This document shows positions 1-8,872 of a DNA stretch of 64,000 bases, in pieces. The notes under the pieces are model-generated. The model saw only the letters and a program-made list of their open reading frames with translations, was not told where the DNA came from and ran no database searches. This DNA comes from an uncultured virus (IMG/VR IMGVR_UViG_3300010233_000006). Lineage: Duplodnaviria > Heunggongvirae > Uroviricota > Caudoviricetes. The stretch lies in IMG/VR virus record IMGVR_UViG_3300010233_000006; one strand, written 5' to 3'. The position numbers and the translations under genes are program-made. The first letter of the stretch is position 1. Each line of letters starts with the position of its first letter.

Positions 1-94
1 CAGCCGCCTGAGAAACAGGAACCGTTCTACGCGCTGTGCTGTTGCTTAGCATTGGTGTGTAGAATCCCCCGGCTTAAGCCGTGGGGAGTATCAA
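1..94 (+). mobile_element. IS200/IS605-family right end / omegaRNA scaffold, copy 1 (cut by window edge)
   Basis: Matches 49964-50057 (3' end of tnpB plus subterminal hairpin CCCCCGGCTTAAGCCGTGGGG and terminal TCAA) except one substitution (ATTGGTGTGT vs ATTGGAGTGT). Confidence 0.9.
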
Positions 95-558
95 TTTGAT
101 GTTCCTTCCCATTCCCATAGGCCGCGAGCGCCCTTAGCCGGCACGGGCGAAGCCAGTTGGATCACGTTCTCCAGAAGGAAGCCAAAGCGCCCCGGCTCAT
201 AATCGCCGAAGGCTTCCTCTTGCTCGCTGAACGGCAGCACATAGCGGCGGATCAGGCTCGTCTCCATGCAGTTGACCAGCGTCGCGGTCGCCAGCACGCA
301 GCCGACAGGAAGCGCCTTGATATGGAGTGCATTGTCGTCTAGCCATTCTTGCGTCAGAGAGGCTGGACATTCAGGCCATCCGAGAACGCGACAGACCAAG
401 CGCGATGTGCAGAAATCCTTAGCGGCAGAAGGGAAGGTCTTCGCAGCATGGATCGAGATTTGTCCACGAAAGGATGTGGGCCAACTTCGGGTTTCGATTC
501 GCTTGGCGCCTATCGCAACGAGCGTTGCCCAAGGCTGAGTTAACGTGATACTCTTCAT
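91..558 (-). CDS. ASCH domain protein
   Basis: MKSITLTQPWATLVAIGAKRIETRSW and KGARGLWEW are ASCH-type motifs; the real start is inside the longer listed ORF; the stop TGA overlaps the IS right-end TCAA. Confidence 0.85.
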   Translation of the reverse strand: MKSITLTQPWATLVAIGAKRIETRSWPTSFRGQISIHAAKTFPSAAKDFCTSRLVCRVLGWPECPASLTQEWLDDNALHIKALPVGCVLATATLVNCMETSLIRRYVLPFSEQEEAFGDYEPGRFGFLLENVIQLASPVPAKGARGLWEWEGTSN

Positions 559-833
559 GATTTTAGGCCCTCCGCTTTGGCAATGGCGGCCCGCAGCAGA
601 AACATTTCCTGCAGGAGCACCATCCTGTTTGTGCATTTCGTCCTCGGTCCACCAGCGCTCGACTTCCTTGCCGGCATCGAGAAGATCACCGAGTGGCGGC
701 ATCTGATCATAACCACTGTGGTCCTCCATGCATCCTGGATCAGTGGTGGCAGTTCTTCCCAGGGCAGAGGGGTCCGATTGCCGGCTGCCTGGCAGAAGAT
801 TTCGTAAGCTTCGCGGGCAACTTGGTCGATCAT
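555..833 (-). CDS. hypothetical phage protein
   Basis: ORF coupled by ATGA overlaps to both neighbours. Confidence 0.6.
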   Translation of the reverse strand: MIDQVAREAYEIFCQAAGNRTPLPWEELPPLIQDAWRTTVVMIRCRHSVIFSMPARKSSAGGPRTKCTNRMVLLQEMFLLRAAIAKAEGLKS

Positions 834-1138
834 TTTGGGACCTCCGAAAGAAGATGATTCTTGATGGCTCCGACGATCCGCGCCAGATAGTCATGATCAC
901 GCTTCCGCTGCTTCAGTAATGGCGTGATGCCGAGCTTGGTTACCAGATAGTGGACATCCGCACGAGCAAAGAATTCACGGACGGTGCTCGCTGGCATGCC
1001 GCCCCAATAGCAGGCCCAAGCACAGCCCCAACACTCAATGACGACTGATCCCTGAGCGGGGCCGATGTCGCGCCAATAGACATGGATTGTGTCCAAACCA
1101 TTGGCGGGCGGCAGTTCTTCGAATTGGACTTCTAGCAT
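830..1138 (-). CDS. hypothetical phage protein
   Basis: ORF in tightly packed leftward operon. Confidence 0.65.
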   Translation of the reverse strand: MLEVQFEELPPANGLDTIHVYWRDIGPAQGSVVIECWGCAWACYWGGMPASTVREFFARADVHYLVTKLGITPLLKQRKRDHDYLARIVGAIKNHLLSEVPK

Positions 1139-1380
1139 TCCCGCACCCCCAACACGTACTCCCAGCCTTTGAGCCGGGCACCCTCGACCTGCAGCCCTGC
1201 TTGCAGGTCTCGGGCGATTTTCCGCACGTCTAGCTTGGGCTTGGTCACGTAGCCGGCAGCGATCAGGGCTGCTTCGTCGAGGATCTCGACTGCCCGATAG
1301 CTTCGCAGGACTTCGAAGCCCATGAGCTCTGCCACCTCATGGGCGGCGGAGTCTTCGAGAAAGGGAGAGGGGGCGGTCAT
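1132..1380 (-). CDS. siphovirus Gp157-like C-terminal domain protein
   Basis: KLDVRKIARDLQAGLQVEGARL resembles the Gp157 C-terminal motif; lies near a Sak4-like gene. Confidence 0.5.
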   Translation of the reverse strand: MTAPSPFLEDSAAHEVAELMGFEVLRSYRAVEILDEAALIAAGYVTKPKLDVRKIARDLQAGLQVEGARLKGWEYVLGVREC

Positions 1381-1655
1381 TATCGGATCTCCTGTAGACT
1401 GGCACGCTTGCGCCGCTCGTCGGCAGTTGAGCCGTTCTGGACTGTCAGATCGTGCAGAATCCGGAAATGGCTGTCGGTCGATCTGCTCCGCAAGTACTGG
1501 CGCACGAAAATCAGCGGAGCGTCTGGATAGATCCGCCGGAATCGATCAATGCCAAATTTGGCAGAGTCGAGGGATGCATGAGAACTCCGATCGATGAAGT
1601 CCGGGCTAGGTTTCGTGTCGCTGACGATCACCTCATAGGTTGTGGAGAGTGCCAT
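1380..1655 (-). CDS. hypothetical phage protein
   Basis: ORF abutting neighbours in operon. Confidence 0.5.
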   Translation of the reverse strand: MALSTTYEVIVSDTKPSPDFIDRSSHASLDSAKFGIDRFRRIYPDAPLIFVRQYLRSRSTDSHFRILHDLTVQNGSTADERRKRASLQEIR

Positions 1656-1912
1656 CAGGCACCCCCTTTCGCCCGCACGCGGGACAGCAGATAACAGCCG
1701 GAGATTCCCTCGAGGAAGATCACGGCCGTGTGGCCCGGATCATTGCGCGATGGCTCGGCTCCCAACATCTGGGCTTTGGACCGGCTCTTCGTAGCGCGGA
1801 TCTCACCGCTATCCAATTCGACCGTTACCTCGGTGCCGACGGGATGCTTCAGGTTCCAGTTCTCAACCTGAAGGAGTTGGATTTGCTGAGTCTTCTTGGA
1901 AGGGGCAGCCAT
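1655..1912 (-). CDS. hypothetical phage protein (MAAPSKK...)
   Basis: GGAGG RBS upstream of ATG at 1912; VENWNLKHPVGTEV-type phage protein. Confidence 0.6.
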   Translation of the reverse strand: MAAPSKKTQQIQLLQVENWNLKHPVGTEVTVELDSGEIRATKSRSKAQMLGAEPSRNDPGHTAVIFLEGISGCYLLSRVRAKGGA

Positions 1913-1914
1913 GT

Positions 1915-3006
1915 TTATGCCACCTCCTGCTGTTCGATCACGCGAGCCCGCTCCGCCAGGAATTCCAGATCCCGGTAGCAGGCTCGCGCATCGGCCCGGG
2001 ACCGGATGTCGTTGAAGCACTTCCAGCCATATCGCTCCATGGTCAGATCGTAATCCGTTTCCCCGACCGCTTCCCGGATCTTCATGTAGCATTCTTTCAT
2101 TTCGCCGAAGGTGGACCAGGGAGCCTGCCAGTCGGACGCTACGGGCGTCATGGCAGGAGCCGCAGGCTTGGGGACCGGAGGAGGCGGAGCGGGTTTCAGA
2201 TCAGGGGAGGCCAGCCAATCACGAAGGATCATGGCGACTTCCCGGCCCGGCTTGGCGCAAACCTTGCCGCTCAGCTTTGGGCACCGGCTTTTGCTGACGA
2301 TCATATTGTTCTCCTGATCCATGTCGCCGCACACGTCGAATTCGTATTCTATGCCGTCCCTCATCACTGGCTGCATGCCGATCTTGCGAGGGGTGCTCTT
2401 GCCGTTCTCGCCTTTCTCCACGACCCATTCCGTCTTGACCCGCATGCTGACCAGGATGTGGATCGGGGCTGAAAGCATAGCATCTACCATCTGATTGTGC
2501 TTCGGGGTTACCTGCCGCCAGGCCGCGAAAGAATTACCGCTCTTGCTGCGAGCGGCAATGTTGTCTACCTGCTCCAATTCGCCGTCCTTGCCGTTCCAAA
2601 ACGGGCTCAGTCCATCGAAGATGAGAGTGGCGTATCCTGCCGAAGCTACCTCGACGATCAGGTCCGGCACGATGGCCGGATCAAAGGCATCCAATTCCAG
2701 CACATCGAACTCGAACTGGTCCGCATACTTCGAGGCGGAGCCGTGCTCGCTATCCACCACCGCGACCCGACCGCCCAATTCGGCGGCGAGCTTCAGCAGC
2801 GTGTACGTCTTTCCGCTGCCGCCGGGGCCGGCGAGCGCCAGCCGGAGCTTGGCGTCAAACTTGACGGCCTTGCGAAAGGCGAATTTCCTGCTACCCTGAA
2901 GTTGGACGGTACCTTCACCGGGAACCGTGGTATTTCCTCTATCACCCAGGACAGGGTTGGTTGGCGCCAACCCTGCTCCATTCAAGCTACCGTTTGTTCC
3001 GTTCAT
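1915..3006 (-). CDS. AAA_24 / Sak4-like ATPase recombinase
   Basis: Walker A GPGGSGKT, VVDSEHGSA, LIFDGLS, RDGIEYEFD; Pro-rich linker. Confidence 0.85.
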   Translation of the reverse strand: MNGTNGSLNGAGLAPTNPVLGDRGNTTVPGEGTVQLQGSRKFAFRKAVKFDAKLRLALAGPGGSGKTYTLLKLAAELGGRVAVVDSEHGSASKYADQFEFDVLELDAFDPAIVPDLIVEVASAGYATLIFDGLSPFWNGKDGELEQVDNIAARSKSGNSFAAWRQVTPKHNQMVDAMLSAPIHILVSMRVKTEWVVEKGENGKSTPRKIGMQPVMRDGIEYEFDVCGDMDQENNMIVSKSRCPKLSGKVCAKPGREVAMILRDWLASPDLKPAPPPPVPKPAAPAMTPVASDWQAPWSTFGEMKECYMKIREAVGETDYDLTMERYGWKCFNDIRSRADARACYRDLEFLAERARVIEQQEVA

Positions 3007-3206
3007 GATTCATTCTCCTCTTTGGTTCGGTTGACTGTTGGCTTTCCGCCCTTACGGATTTGGTCGATTACCGCTCGGGCGGTTTCCTGGTCTGCAAGTA
3101 CTACACCGTGGATGCGCGTTTCCCGCTCCTCCTCCAAGTCCTTCACCCGGTGCTCCAGTTTCACGACGCGCCGGCCCAGATTTTCGAGGATGGCCTCGTA
3201 TTTCAT
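3003..3206 (-). CDS. hypothetical coiled-coil protein
   Basis: Coupled ORF. Confidence 0.55.
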   Translation of the reverse strand: MKYEAILENLGRRVVKLEHRVKDLEEERETRIHGVVLADQETARAVIDQIRKGGKPTVNRTKEENES

Positions 3207-3475
3207 CTACCCCTCATGTTCAGCAAGTAGGCCCCGACGCACACCAAGAGCGCTTCCTGCTCTGCGGTTCTGTTTTCGCCCAATCGCTCAAGTGCGGCCC
3301 GCAGCTTCAGCGCCGCGGTCTCCACGCTCTGGCGGTCGGGTGGCCCCTTTTCCGTGATGGCTCGCAATTCGGAGACTTGAACTTCTACGTCGAGGAGCAG
3401 GGTAGCAAGGGCAATCTCGTGCCCGGTCATGTCGTCGACATTGGCGAGGAGGGCGTGAGCGCGTTCGATGGTCAC
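3203..3475 (-). CDS. hypothetical phage protein
   Basis: GTG start overlapping the upstream stop, with AAGGAG RBS. Confidence 0.55.
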   Translation of the reverse strand: MTIERAHALLANVDDMTGHEIALATLLLDVEVQVSELRAITEKGPPDRQSVETAALKLRAALERLGENRTAEQEALLVCVGAYLLNMRGR

Positions 3476-3891
3476 ATTGCTCTCCTTTTGCGTTGATAGT
3501 GCTTTGGAATAGGCTGTCCCAATTCCCGCATCTTTGCCCGCCACGTATCATCATGGCCGTGGTTCGGTGTTAGGATATGTGCGTATTCGTGCCAGAGCAG
3601 ACGCGATGGTTCCAAAATCCAGACCGTAATCTGTCCGTCCCGTTCGTCTTCTCGGATTTCCCCAAGCCGTCGGAGGCCGCGAACACAGATGAAGCCAGCA
3701 TATGAATCGGTCTTGTGATTATGGGCGTGCGCTTGCGAGCGGAAGCTGGAACCTACACCTCGCTTGATACAGCCCCCAACGAAGATCCCGCCGACTCCCG
3801 GCATGCAGGCCGGCACCACCACCGTCATGCGACGATACCGCATACGAGCCATGCCGAGCCGTTCCTGTAGTTCATAGCCGCTCAATATCAT
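3472..3891 (-). CDS. SprT-like zinc metalloprotease-motif protein
   Basis: WHEYAHILT followed by HGHDDTW (HExxH + HG..W). Confidence 0.55.
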   Translation of the reverse strand: MILSGYELQERLGMARMRYRRMTVVVPACMPGVGGIFVGGCIKRGVGSSFRSQAHAHNHKTDSYAGFICVRGLRRLGEIREDERDGQITVWILEPSRLLWHEYAHILTPNHGHDDTWRAKMRELGQPIPKHYQRKRRAM

Positions 3892-4060
3892 AACTTTCTC
3901 CTTTCGTCTTCGAGGGTCAGTAGGTAGGTATCGAGCGCCTGTGCCAGTCCCTCTTCGAGCTCGGTTTTTTGATTGCCGAGTCGATTGAGTGTTTCCATCA
4001 ACTGGGCCGCGTGGAACTCTGCCAGTACGCGGAGAGCTTGATCCGTGAGATCGGCGTCCA

Positions 4061-4336
4061 TCACAGTATCCTCCTGATTGCTTCCGCCTTATTCCGCAGT
4101 TCTGCGAAATGATGGCAGCACTGACATCTCCCGCAAATTTCGCTGTGGCCGCATGAGCCGACACCCGGCAAGTCGCAATCGATGTCCTGAGCCTCCCGCA
4201 GTCCCTTTTCCGAAAAATACCAAGCGAGATCGAGAAGATGTTTCACTTCTGGCGCAAAGGTGCTGCAATTGCGGGCCGTGGAGCAGAGTTGGTCTACCTC
4301 CTCATTCAACTCTACTAAGATGTCGTATTCGTTCAT
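4061..4336 (-). CDS. hypothetical Cys-rich protein
   Basis: Coupled [16 protein letters not shown]. Confidence 0.5.
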   Translation of the reverse strand: MNEYDILVELNEEVDQLCSTARNCSTFAPEVKHLLDLAWYFSEKGLREAQDIDCDLPGVGSCGHSEICGRCQCCHHFAELRNKAEAIRRIL

Positions 4337-4764
4337 GCCGCATCCCCCCACTCAGGAAGGCTGGGCATCTGCACTACCGCGGTTACCGGCTCCAACTTCG
4401 GAACCACCGGCCAGTTTACTTGCTCCACTTCGGCTAGGCAGGCGGCGCAGAAGCGATCAGGCCGCGGGCGAAGGCTGGGGTTGCAATGTAGACAATCGGT
4501 AGCGTCGGTCTGGTCGCCTGTAAAACGGCATTCGCATTCATACTCGGGCTCGACCAGAATCAGGTGGTCATTGCAGAAGCGGCGGTCGCACCCATCGCAT
4601 TTGGCGCTCAGGTCTTGGCAGCCATCAGGACACAGGGCAACGTCGCAGGTTTCGGCCGCGCACTTCACCAGGGGGATTTCTTCGCCGGGGTCCAGGCTCA
4701 TCCGAAACCTGGAGTTGCAGGTCGGACACGTTAACGTTATGCTCTTCGTTGGCGCGAAAGGCAT
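4333..4764 (-). CDS. Cys-rich putative zinc-binding protein, first gene of leftward operon
   Basis: Many CxxC motifs; GGAGG RBS; directly downstream of the leftward promoter. Confidence 0.65.
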   Translation of the reverse strand: MPFAPTKSITLTCPTCNSRFRMSLDPGEEIPLVKCAAETCDVALCPDGCQDLSAKCDGCDRRFCNDHLILVEPEYECECRFTGDQTDATDCLHCNPSLRPRPDRFCAACLAEVEQVNWPVVPKLEPVTAVVQMPSLPEWGDAA

Positions 4765-4784
4765 CGGGTATTACCTCCTGAAGT

Positions 4785-4857
4785 ATTATGCTTGACCCCG
4801 TGAAGAATGTCAACTAAAATAAAGGAGGTTGAAAAATATTCTAAACGGGGTTAAGCT
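4785..4857. promoter_or_regulatory. overlapping divergent sigma70-type promoters with operator-like inverted repeat
   Basis: Minus strand TTGACA(4813-4808)-17-CATAAT(4790-4785); plus strand TTGACC(4792)-17-TAAAAT(4815) and TTGAAA(4829)-17-TAAGCT(4852); 4792-4808 and 4838-4854 match 14/17 as an inverted repeat. Confidence 0.7.
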
Positions 4858-4865
4858 AATGAACG

Positions 4866-5276
4866 ATGGCAAAGAGCAGACAATTGTCGGAGGAAGCCCT
4901 CGACTTCTTCAGGAAGGAGGGCCGGAAGGGTGGCCTGACCGGCGGGAAAATCAGAGCGGGCAAGTTGACACCATCACGGCGGCGGGCCATTGCCAAGAAA
5001 GCGGCGCAAGCGCGATGGGCAAAAAGCAAGGCTTTGTCTACTTCGTTGAAGCGGGCGCGATTCCAAGGAGGAAGATCGACCATGCATAGCTGTCCAGAAT
5101 GTGGAAGCGCCTGCTACTGCGGGGGAGACATAGACGACATCGATACCGGGGACGAAGAAGCAGAAAACAACTGCATATGCTGTGCAGAAGGGAACCCGGA
5201 CGAAGACGACGATGACTTTGACGACGATCTGCTAGACGACGAGGATGAAGAAGAATGGCCCGACGACGATGACTGA
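4866..5276 (+). CDS. basic GRKGG/ARW-motif protein in frame with an acidic Cys-rich domain (possible second start at 5082)
   Basis: GRKGGLTGGKIRAGKLTPSRRRAIAKKAAQARW then MHSCPECG...DDDD; AGGAGG RBS before 5082. Confidence 0.6.
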   Translation: MAKSRQLSEEALDFFRKEGRKGGLTGGKIRAGKLTPSRRRAIAKKAAQARWAKSKALSTSLKRARFQGGRSTMHSCPECGSACYCGGDIDDIDTGDEEAENNCICCAEGNPDEDDDDFDDDLLDDEDEEEWPDDDD

Positions 5277-6087
5277 CCTTGTACCCGCCTCCTTCTCTCC
5301 GATCATCCAAATGGTATTGGACTCCGTAACGAGCCCTCAATCCAAACGGATAGTCTGCCACTTTTCCTGTGGCGCGGCTTCAGCAGTGGCCACGAAGCTT
5401 ACTCTTGCCAGATATGGGCATGACCGCGTGGTGATCTTCAATGCGTTCATCGTTGAGGAGGACGGGGACAATCGGCGCTTTCTCGCGGATTGCGAACGAT
5501 GGTTTGCACATCCGGTAACGGTCTTGCGCGATCAGAAGTATGGAGCTTCAGCGCGGGAGGTCTGGCGGAAAGAACGCTACATGAACGGGCCTTTTGGCGC
5601 TTCATGCTCGACCCGCCTCAAGCGGGAAGTGATCGAAGCCGCCTGCTTGCCAGATGACCAGCATGTGATGGGGTTCGTAATCGATGAAAAGAACCAGGAT
5701 CGCATAACCAGGGGCCGCGAGATTGGCTGGGTTATGCCCTGCATTGATGCCAACCTGTCCCATGCCGACTGTCGCGGTCTGATCGAACGCGCGGGCCTGA
5801 TTCTGCCCCGGCGCTACGCTCAGGGATATGGAAACGCCAACTGTGTAGGATGCTGCAAGGGTGGCGAGAAGTATTGGCGCAAAACCAGGATCGACAGCCC
5901 AGATGATTTCGCGGAAGTTGCAGCAATTCAAACGGAAATTGGAGAGGGGTCTTACTTCTTCCGGAATCGGGAAACCGGGCAGCGTTGGCCGCTAACGCAA
6001 CTCTCACTTGATGGTCCCATCGAAAAGCAGGTCGCCGCTCCAGAATGCTCGTTCTTCTGCGCAATGGCAGAACAGGACATCGCATGA
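5269..6087 (+). CDS. phage PAPS-reductase-like (PP-loop) protein with integrase-derived N-terminal 27 aa
   Basis: IVCHFSCGAASAVA, GYGNANCVGCCKGG, ECSFFC. Confidence 0.75.
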   Translation: MTDLVPASFSPIIQMVLDSVTSPQSKRIVCHFSCGAASAVATKLTLARYGHDRVVIFNAFIVEEDGDNRRFLADCERWFAHPVTVLRDQKYGASAREVWRKERYMNGPFGASCSTRLKREVIEAACLPDDQHVMGFVIDEKNQDRITRGREIGWVMPCIDANLSHADCRGLIERAGLILPRRYAQGYGNANCVGCCKGGEKYWRKTRIDSPDDFAEVAAIQTEIGEGSYFFRNRETGQRWPLTQLSLDGPIEKQVAAPECSFFCAMAEQDIA

Positions 6088-6281
6088 AAACGAAACGCCG
6101 CATCTATCCCAACCCAACCCAGAAAGATTACGATTATCAACTGGCTCTTGCCAAACGAACAAGAAGCAAGGTGATTCTTGAAAGACTCTTCGCTTGGGCA
6201 AAGCAGTTCGGGGTGTTCGATGTGGGCAATATCGCCAAGCGAAAGCTCAACGCGCTGGAGAAAAAGCGGGTTGGGAAATGA
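6084..6281 (+). CDS. hypothetical protein
   Basis: ATGA-coupled at both ends. Confidence 0.5.
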   Translation: MKTKRRIYPNPTQKDYDYQLALAKRTRSKVILERLFAWAKQFGVFDVGNIAKRKLNALEKKRVGK

Positions 6282-6790
6282 ACGAACTCGTACCCCAGTC
6301 CTTCACCCCGATTATCCAAATGGTGCTCGACTCCGTCACCTCGCCTCAATCCAAACGCGCCTACTCCAAAGCCCTTACCGATTTCCTCCAGTGGTATTCT
6401 GACACCCAACCTGAAGGAGGCTTCTGTAAAGCCTCTGTGCAGCAATACAGAGCACTCCTGGTAGACGCCGGCCTGTCCGCAAGCACGGTGAATCTCCGGC
6501 TCACGGCGATTCGAAAGCTGGCCACAGAAGCGGGAGACAACGGCCTGATGGCCCACGCGATCGCGCAGGGAATCGGGCATGTGCCGAACGTGAAGCAGGA
6601 GGGAATCAGAACAGGGAATTGGTTGACCCTGCAACAGGCGGAAAAGCTCCTGGCCGTCCCGGACGCCAAGACACTCCGCGGGAAGCGGGACCGGGCACTC
6701 CTGGCGGTCCTGATCGGTGCGACAAGATCCGAGTGGGCGATTCAATTCCAAGTCTTCCGCCCGCAAGGCTGCTTCCGCCGCTATTGCTGA
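6278..6790 (+). pseudogene. truncated tyrosine recombinase/integrase
   Basis: SAM-like N-domain (LSASTVNLRLTAIRKL) and WLTLQQAEKLL...RDRALLAVLIG, then loss of homology; no HxxR or catalytic Tyr. Confidence 0.8.
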
Positions 6791-6839
6791 GATCCCGTTT
6801 GAACTGGCGTCCTACATCGCCCGAAGCTTTAAAGAATGA
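6726..6839 (+). pseudogene. C-terminal remnant of a phage protein, possibly DNA methyltransferase-like
   Basis: Alternate frame reads SKSSARKAASAAIAEIPFELASYIARSF*, resembling from recall a conserved phage protein C-terminus. Confidence 0.4.
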
Positions 6840-6848
6840 GGAAACGCT

Positions 6849-8059
6849 ATGAACGCGCCGAACAGTATACCTGCCATCATCGAATCCATCCTGCCCGCGA
6901 TGTCCGCGCTCAATTCCTGGGCGCGTCTTCCCTATGATGAGAAGCTCGGCATGTCGGATGCAGTCCCCCAGATCTACCGATACAAGCGGACGGTGATCGC
7001 CGAGGCCATGCGGCAGGGGATGGCAAAGTTGTGGCTGGTATCCGTGGAGCGGCCGTGCAAGACCTGCAAAGGAAGCGGCACCTACGAGTGGCACGATTGG
7101 AACGACGAAGATCATGTGGAGTATGAGGGCTGCCGGCGGTGCGGCTCCACGGGTAAAGTCACGCTTCGCTTCGTGGTTTCGGAGATCGCTGGAGTCCGAT
7201 GGCACACTCCGCGGCCAAAGTGGGACCTCGGGCTCTTCACCGAATCGGATCGGGAGAATCGATGCGAGACGAAAGGAGACTGGGAGCCGGAACAGCCGGG
7301 ACGAGTGCTCAGCCGAATCGAATTGATCCAGGCGCTGAATGCCGTAGAACGGGAGTTATTGCCGCCGCTGGTGCCTTATGAGACCTGGCCGGCACCGGAC
7401 AGCAAATTACCCCCATATCGGCTCGATCTGGGGAAGATCTGGAGTTGTCCCTTCTGTGGGCGCGATCCGGCCGCTGGAGTCTCGGCAGTGTATGGCCCGC
7501 ACACCATTATCTGCCGTCCCGGCCTGCACTGGAAACAGAACGCCTGCTGGGGAGACCGGAACTGTGTGAATGGAGGCTTGCTGAAGCCGCTGGAGTGGCC
7601 GCACGATCTCCTGCCGCCTCGTGGTGGCAACAACGATCAGGACCAATGGGAATATCACGTCCCGCTGCCGGCAGTGGCACAGGAGCCCGTTGTGATCGAA
7701 TGGCTGGCACGTAGAGGAATTGTGGCCGGAGCCTATCCGCCCGATGAATGTGTGTGGTCTCAGGGTGGAACGTTGCTGAAGAACAGGAGCCCGTTGTGAT
7801 CGAATGGCTGGCACGTAGAGGAATTGTGGCCGGAGCCTATCCGCCCGATGAATGTGTGTGGTCTCAGGGTGGAACGTTGCTGAAGACGATGGCCGCAAAG
7901 CCAGATGGGAAGCTGCTGGTGCGGATCTACGATTCGAAAGACTGGATGAGCAGCCGGGATATTTATGATCGGCAGGCGTTCGAAGTGCCCGTGTCGGGAG
8001 TAAGGACGCGGCGGAAAGGTGGGCCATGGACGGAGGCGGCGCCGGTGGAGTGGCCATAA
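6849..8059 (+). CDS. hypothetical protein with CxxCxGxG zinc finger, frameshifted by a 104-bp tandem duplication
   Basis: CKTCKGSG and CRRCGSTG; ORFs 6849-7799 and 7748-8059 join if one repeat copy is removed. Confidence 0.65.
7679..7886 (+). repeat. exact 104-bp tandem duplication
   Basis: 7679-7782 equals 7783-7886. Confidence 0.95.
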
Positions 8060-8076
8060 AAACGGAGAGGTAGGGC

Positions 8077-8328
8077 ATGAGAACTCAGGTTATCGATTGC
8101 AAGATTCTGGCTGGTAAGCATGGCACGAATGCTCAGCAGAGAATGCACGAGATTGGCAATAAGCACGGGTCGGTGAATACGGTTCCATGGAAGTTTTGGT
8201 GCGGCTCTTGCCGTACTGAATACGAGGGCACGGAGATCAGCGTGGGCACGTATCTCGAAACAGTTTCCTGTTCCAACTGCTCCTCAGGGATGGACGGCTG
8301 CTCTTGCGCTTCTGAGGCTGCTATATGA
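8077..8328 (+). CDS. small zinc-ribbon-like protein
   Basis: GAGG RBS; CGSC and CSNC motifs. Confidence 0.5.
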   Translation: MRTQVIDCKILAGKHGTNAQQRMHEIGNKHGSVNTVPWKFWCGSCRTEYEGTEISVGTYLETVSCSNCSSGMDGCSCASEAAI

Positions 8329-8388
8329 GAAGAGACTGTTGGGTGTGTGGTGTGCGTGAGAGCGGATGACCCTACCCCTTAATTCGCA

Positions 8389-8560
8389 CTTAATTCGCAG
8401 CCATGTTCACGAGTTTGCCCTTTGTTTTCAGTTTTATTCGCTTTATTCTCTTTTTTCGCACGTGTGTGTGCGGGAGAGAGAGCATATGCATACATGTGAG
8501 TGTTAGGGGTTGCGAATTAAGCGAATAAAGCGAATTAGCTCAGAAGTCACTGAAAACACA
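8389..8560. repeat. iteron-like direct/inverted repeat cluster (putative replication origin)
   Basis: TTAATTCGC x2, TTATTCGC and variants on the left; GCGAATTAA, GCGAATAAA, GCGAATTAG on the right; TGTTTTCAG/CTGAAAACA pair. Confidence 0.5.
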
Positions 8561-8597
8561 GCGCTGAGGATTAATCAGGCGATGAAGCAGAAAAGGT

Positions 8598-8646
8598 AGC
8601 GCTGGCGGTCAACGGTTTGTGTGACCGCCTGGTTAGCGCGGGCCAA
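8598..8646 (+). other. structured hairpin motif, copy A
   Basis: AGCGCTG-GCGGTCA-ACGGTTTGTG-TGACCGC-CTGGTTAGCGCGGGCCAA. Confidence 0.7.
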
Positions 8647-8737
8647 TGGATAGAAGGTTGGTAGGAAGGTGCGTGAGGCTGAAGTTGGAAGATCGGAAAA
8701 CTGGAGCGGCACTCTCTGCACACCAGGATTCCAACAG

Positions 8738-8786
8738 TTGGCCCGCGCTACCCAGCGCATCACAAACACCGTTGATGCGCAGCGCT
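8738..8786 (-). other. structured hairpin motif, copy B
   Basis: AGCGCTG-CGCATCA-ACGGTGTTTG-TGATGCG-CTGGGTAGCGCGGGCCAA. Confidence 0.7.
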
Positions 8787-8799
8787 GAGGTCCCCAAAT

Positions 8800-8845
8800 G
8801 CAAAAAGCCCCGCCATCCTCCTGAGAGGGGGCGAGGCCTTTTGCT
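8800..8845. terminator. probable bidirectional intrinsic terminator
   Basis: AAAAA-GC-rich imperfect hairpin-TTTT between converging transcription units. Confidence 0.6.
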
Positions 8846-8872
8846 TCTCGAACTGGATTCTCCTGCTTTCTT

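Noticed and set aside
559..900. N-terminal extension of the ASCH ORF as listed (269 aa)
   Set aside because: Overlaps other coupled genes; the ASCH domain begins at ATG 558
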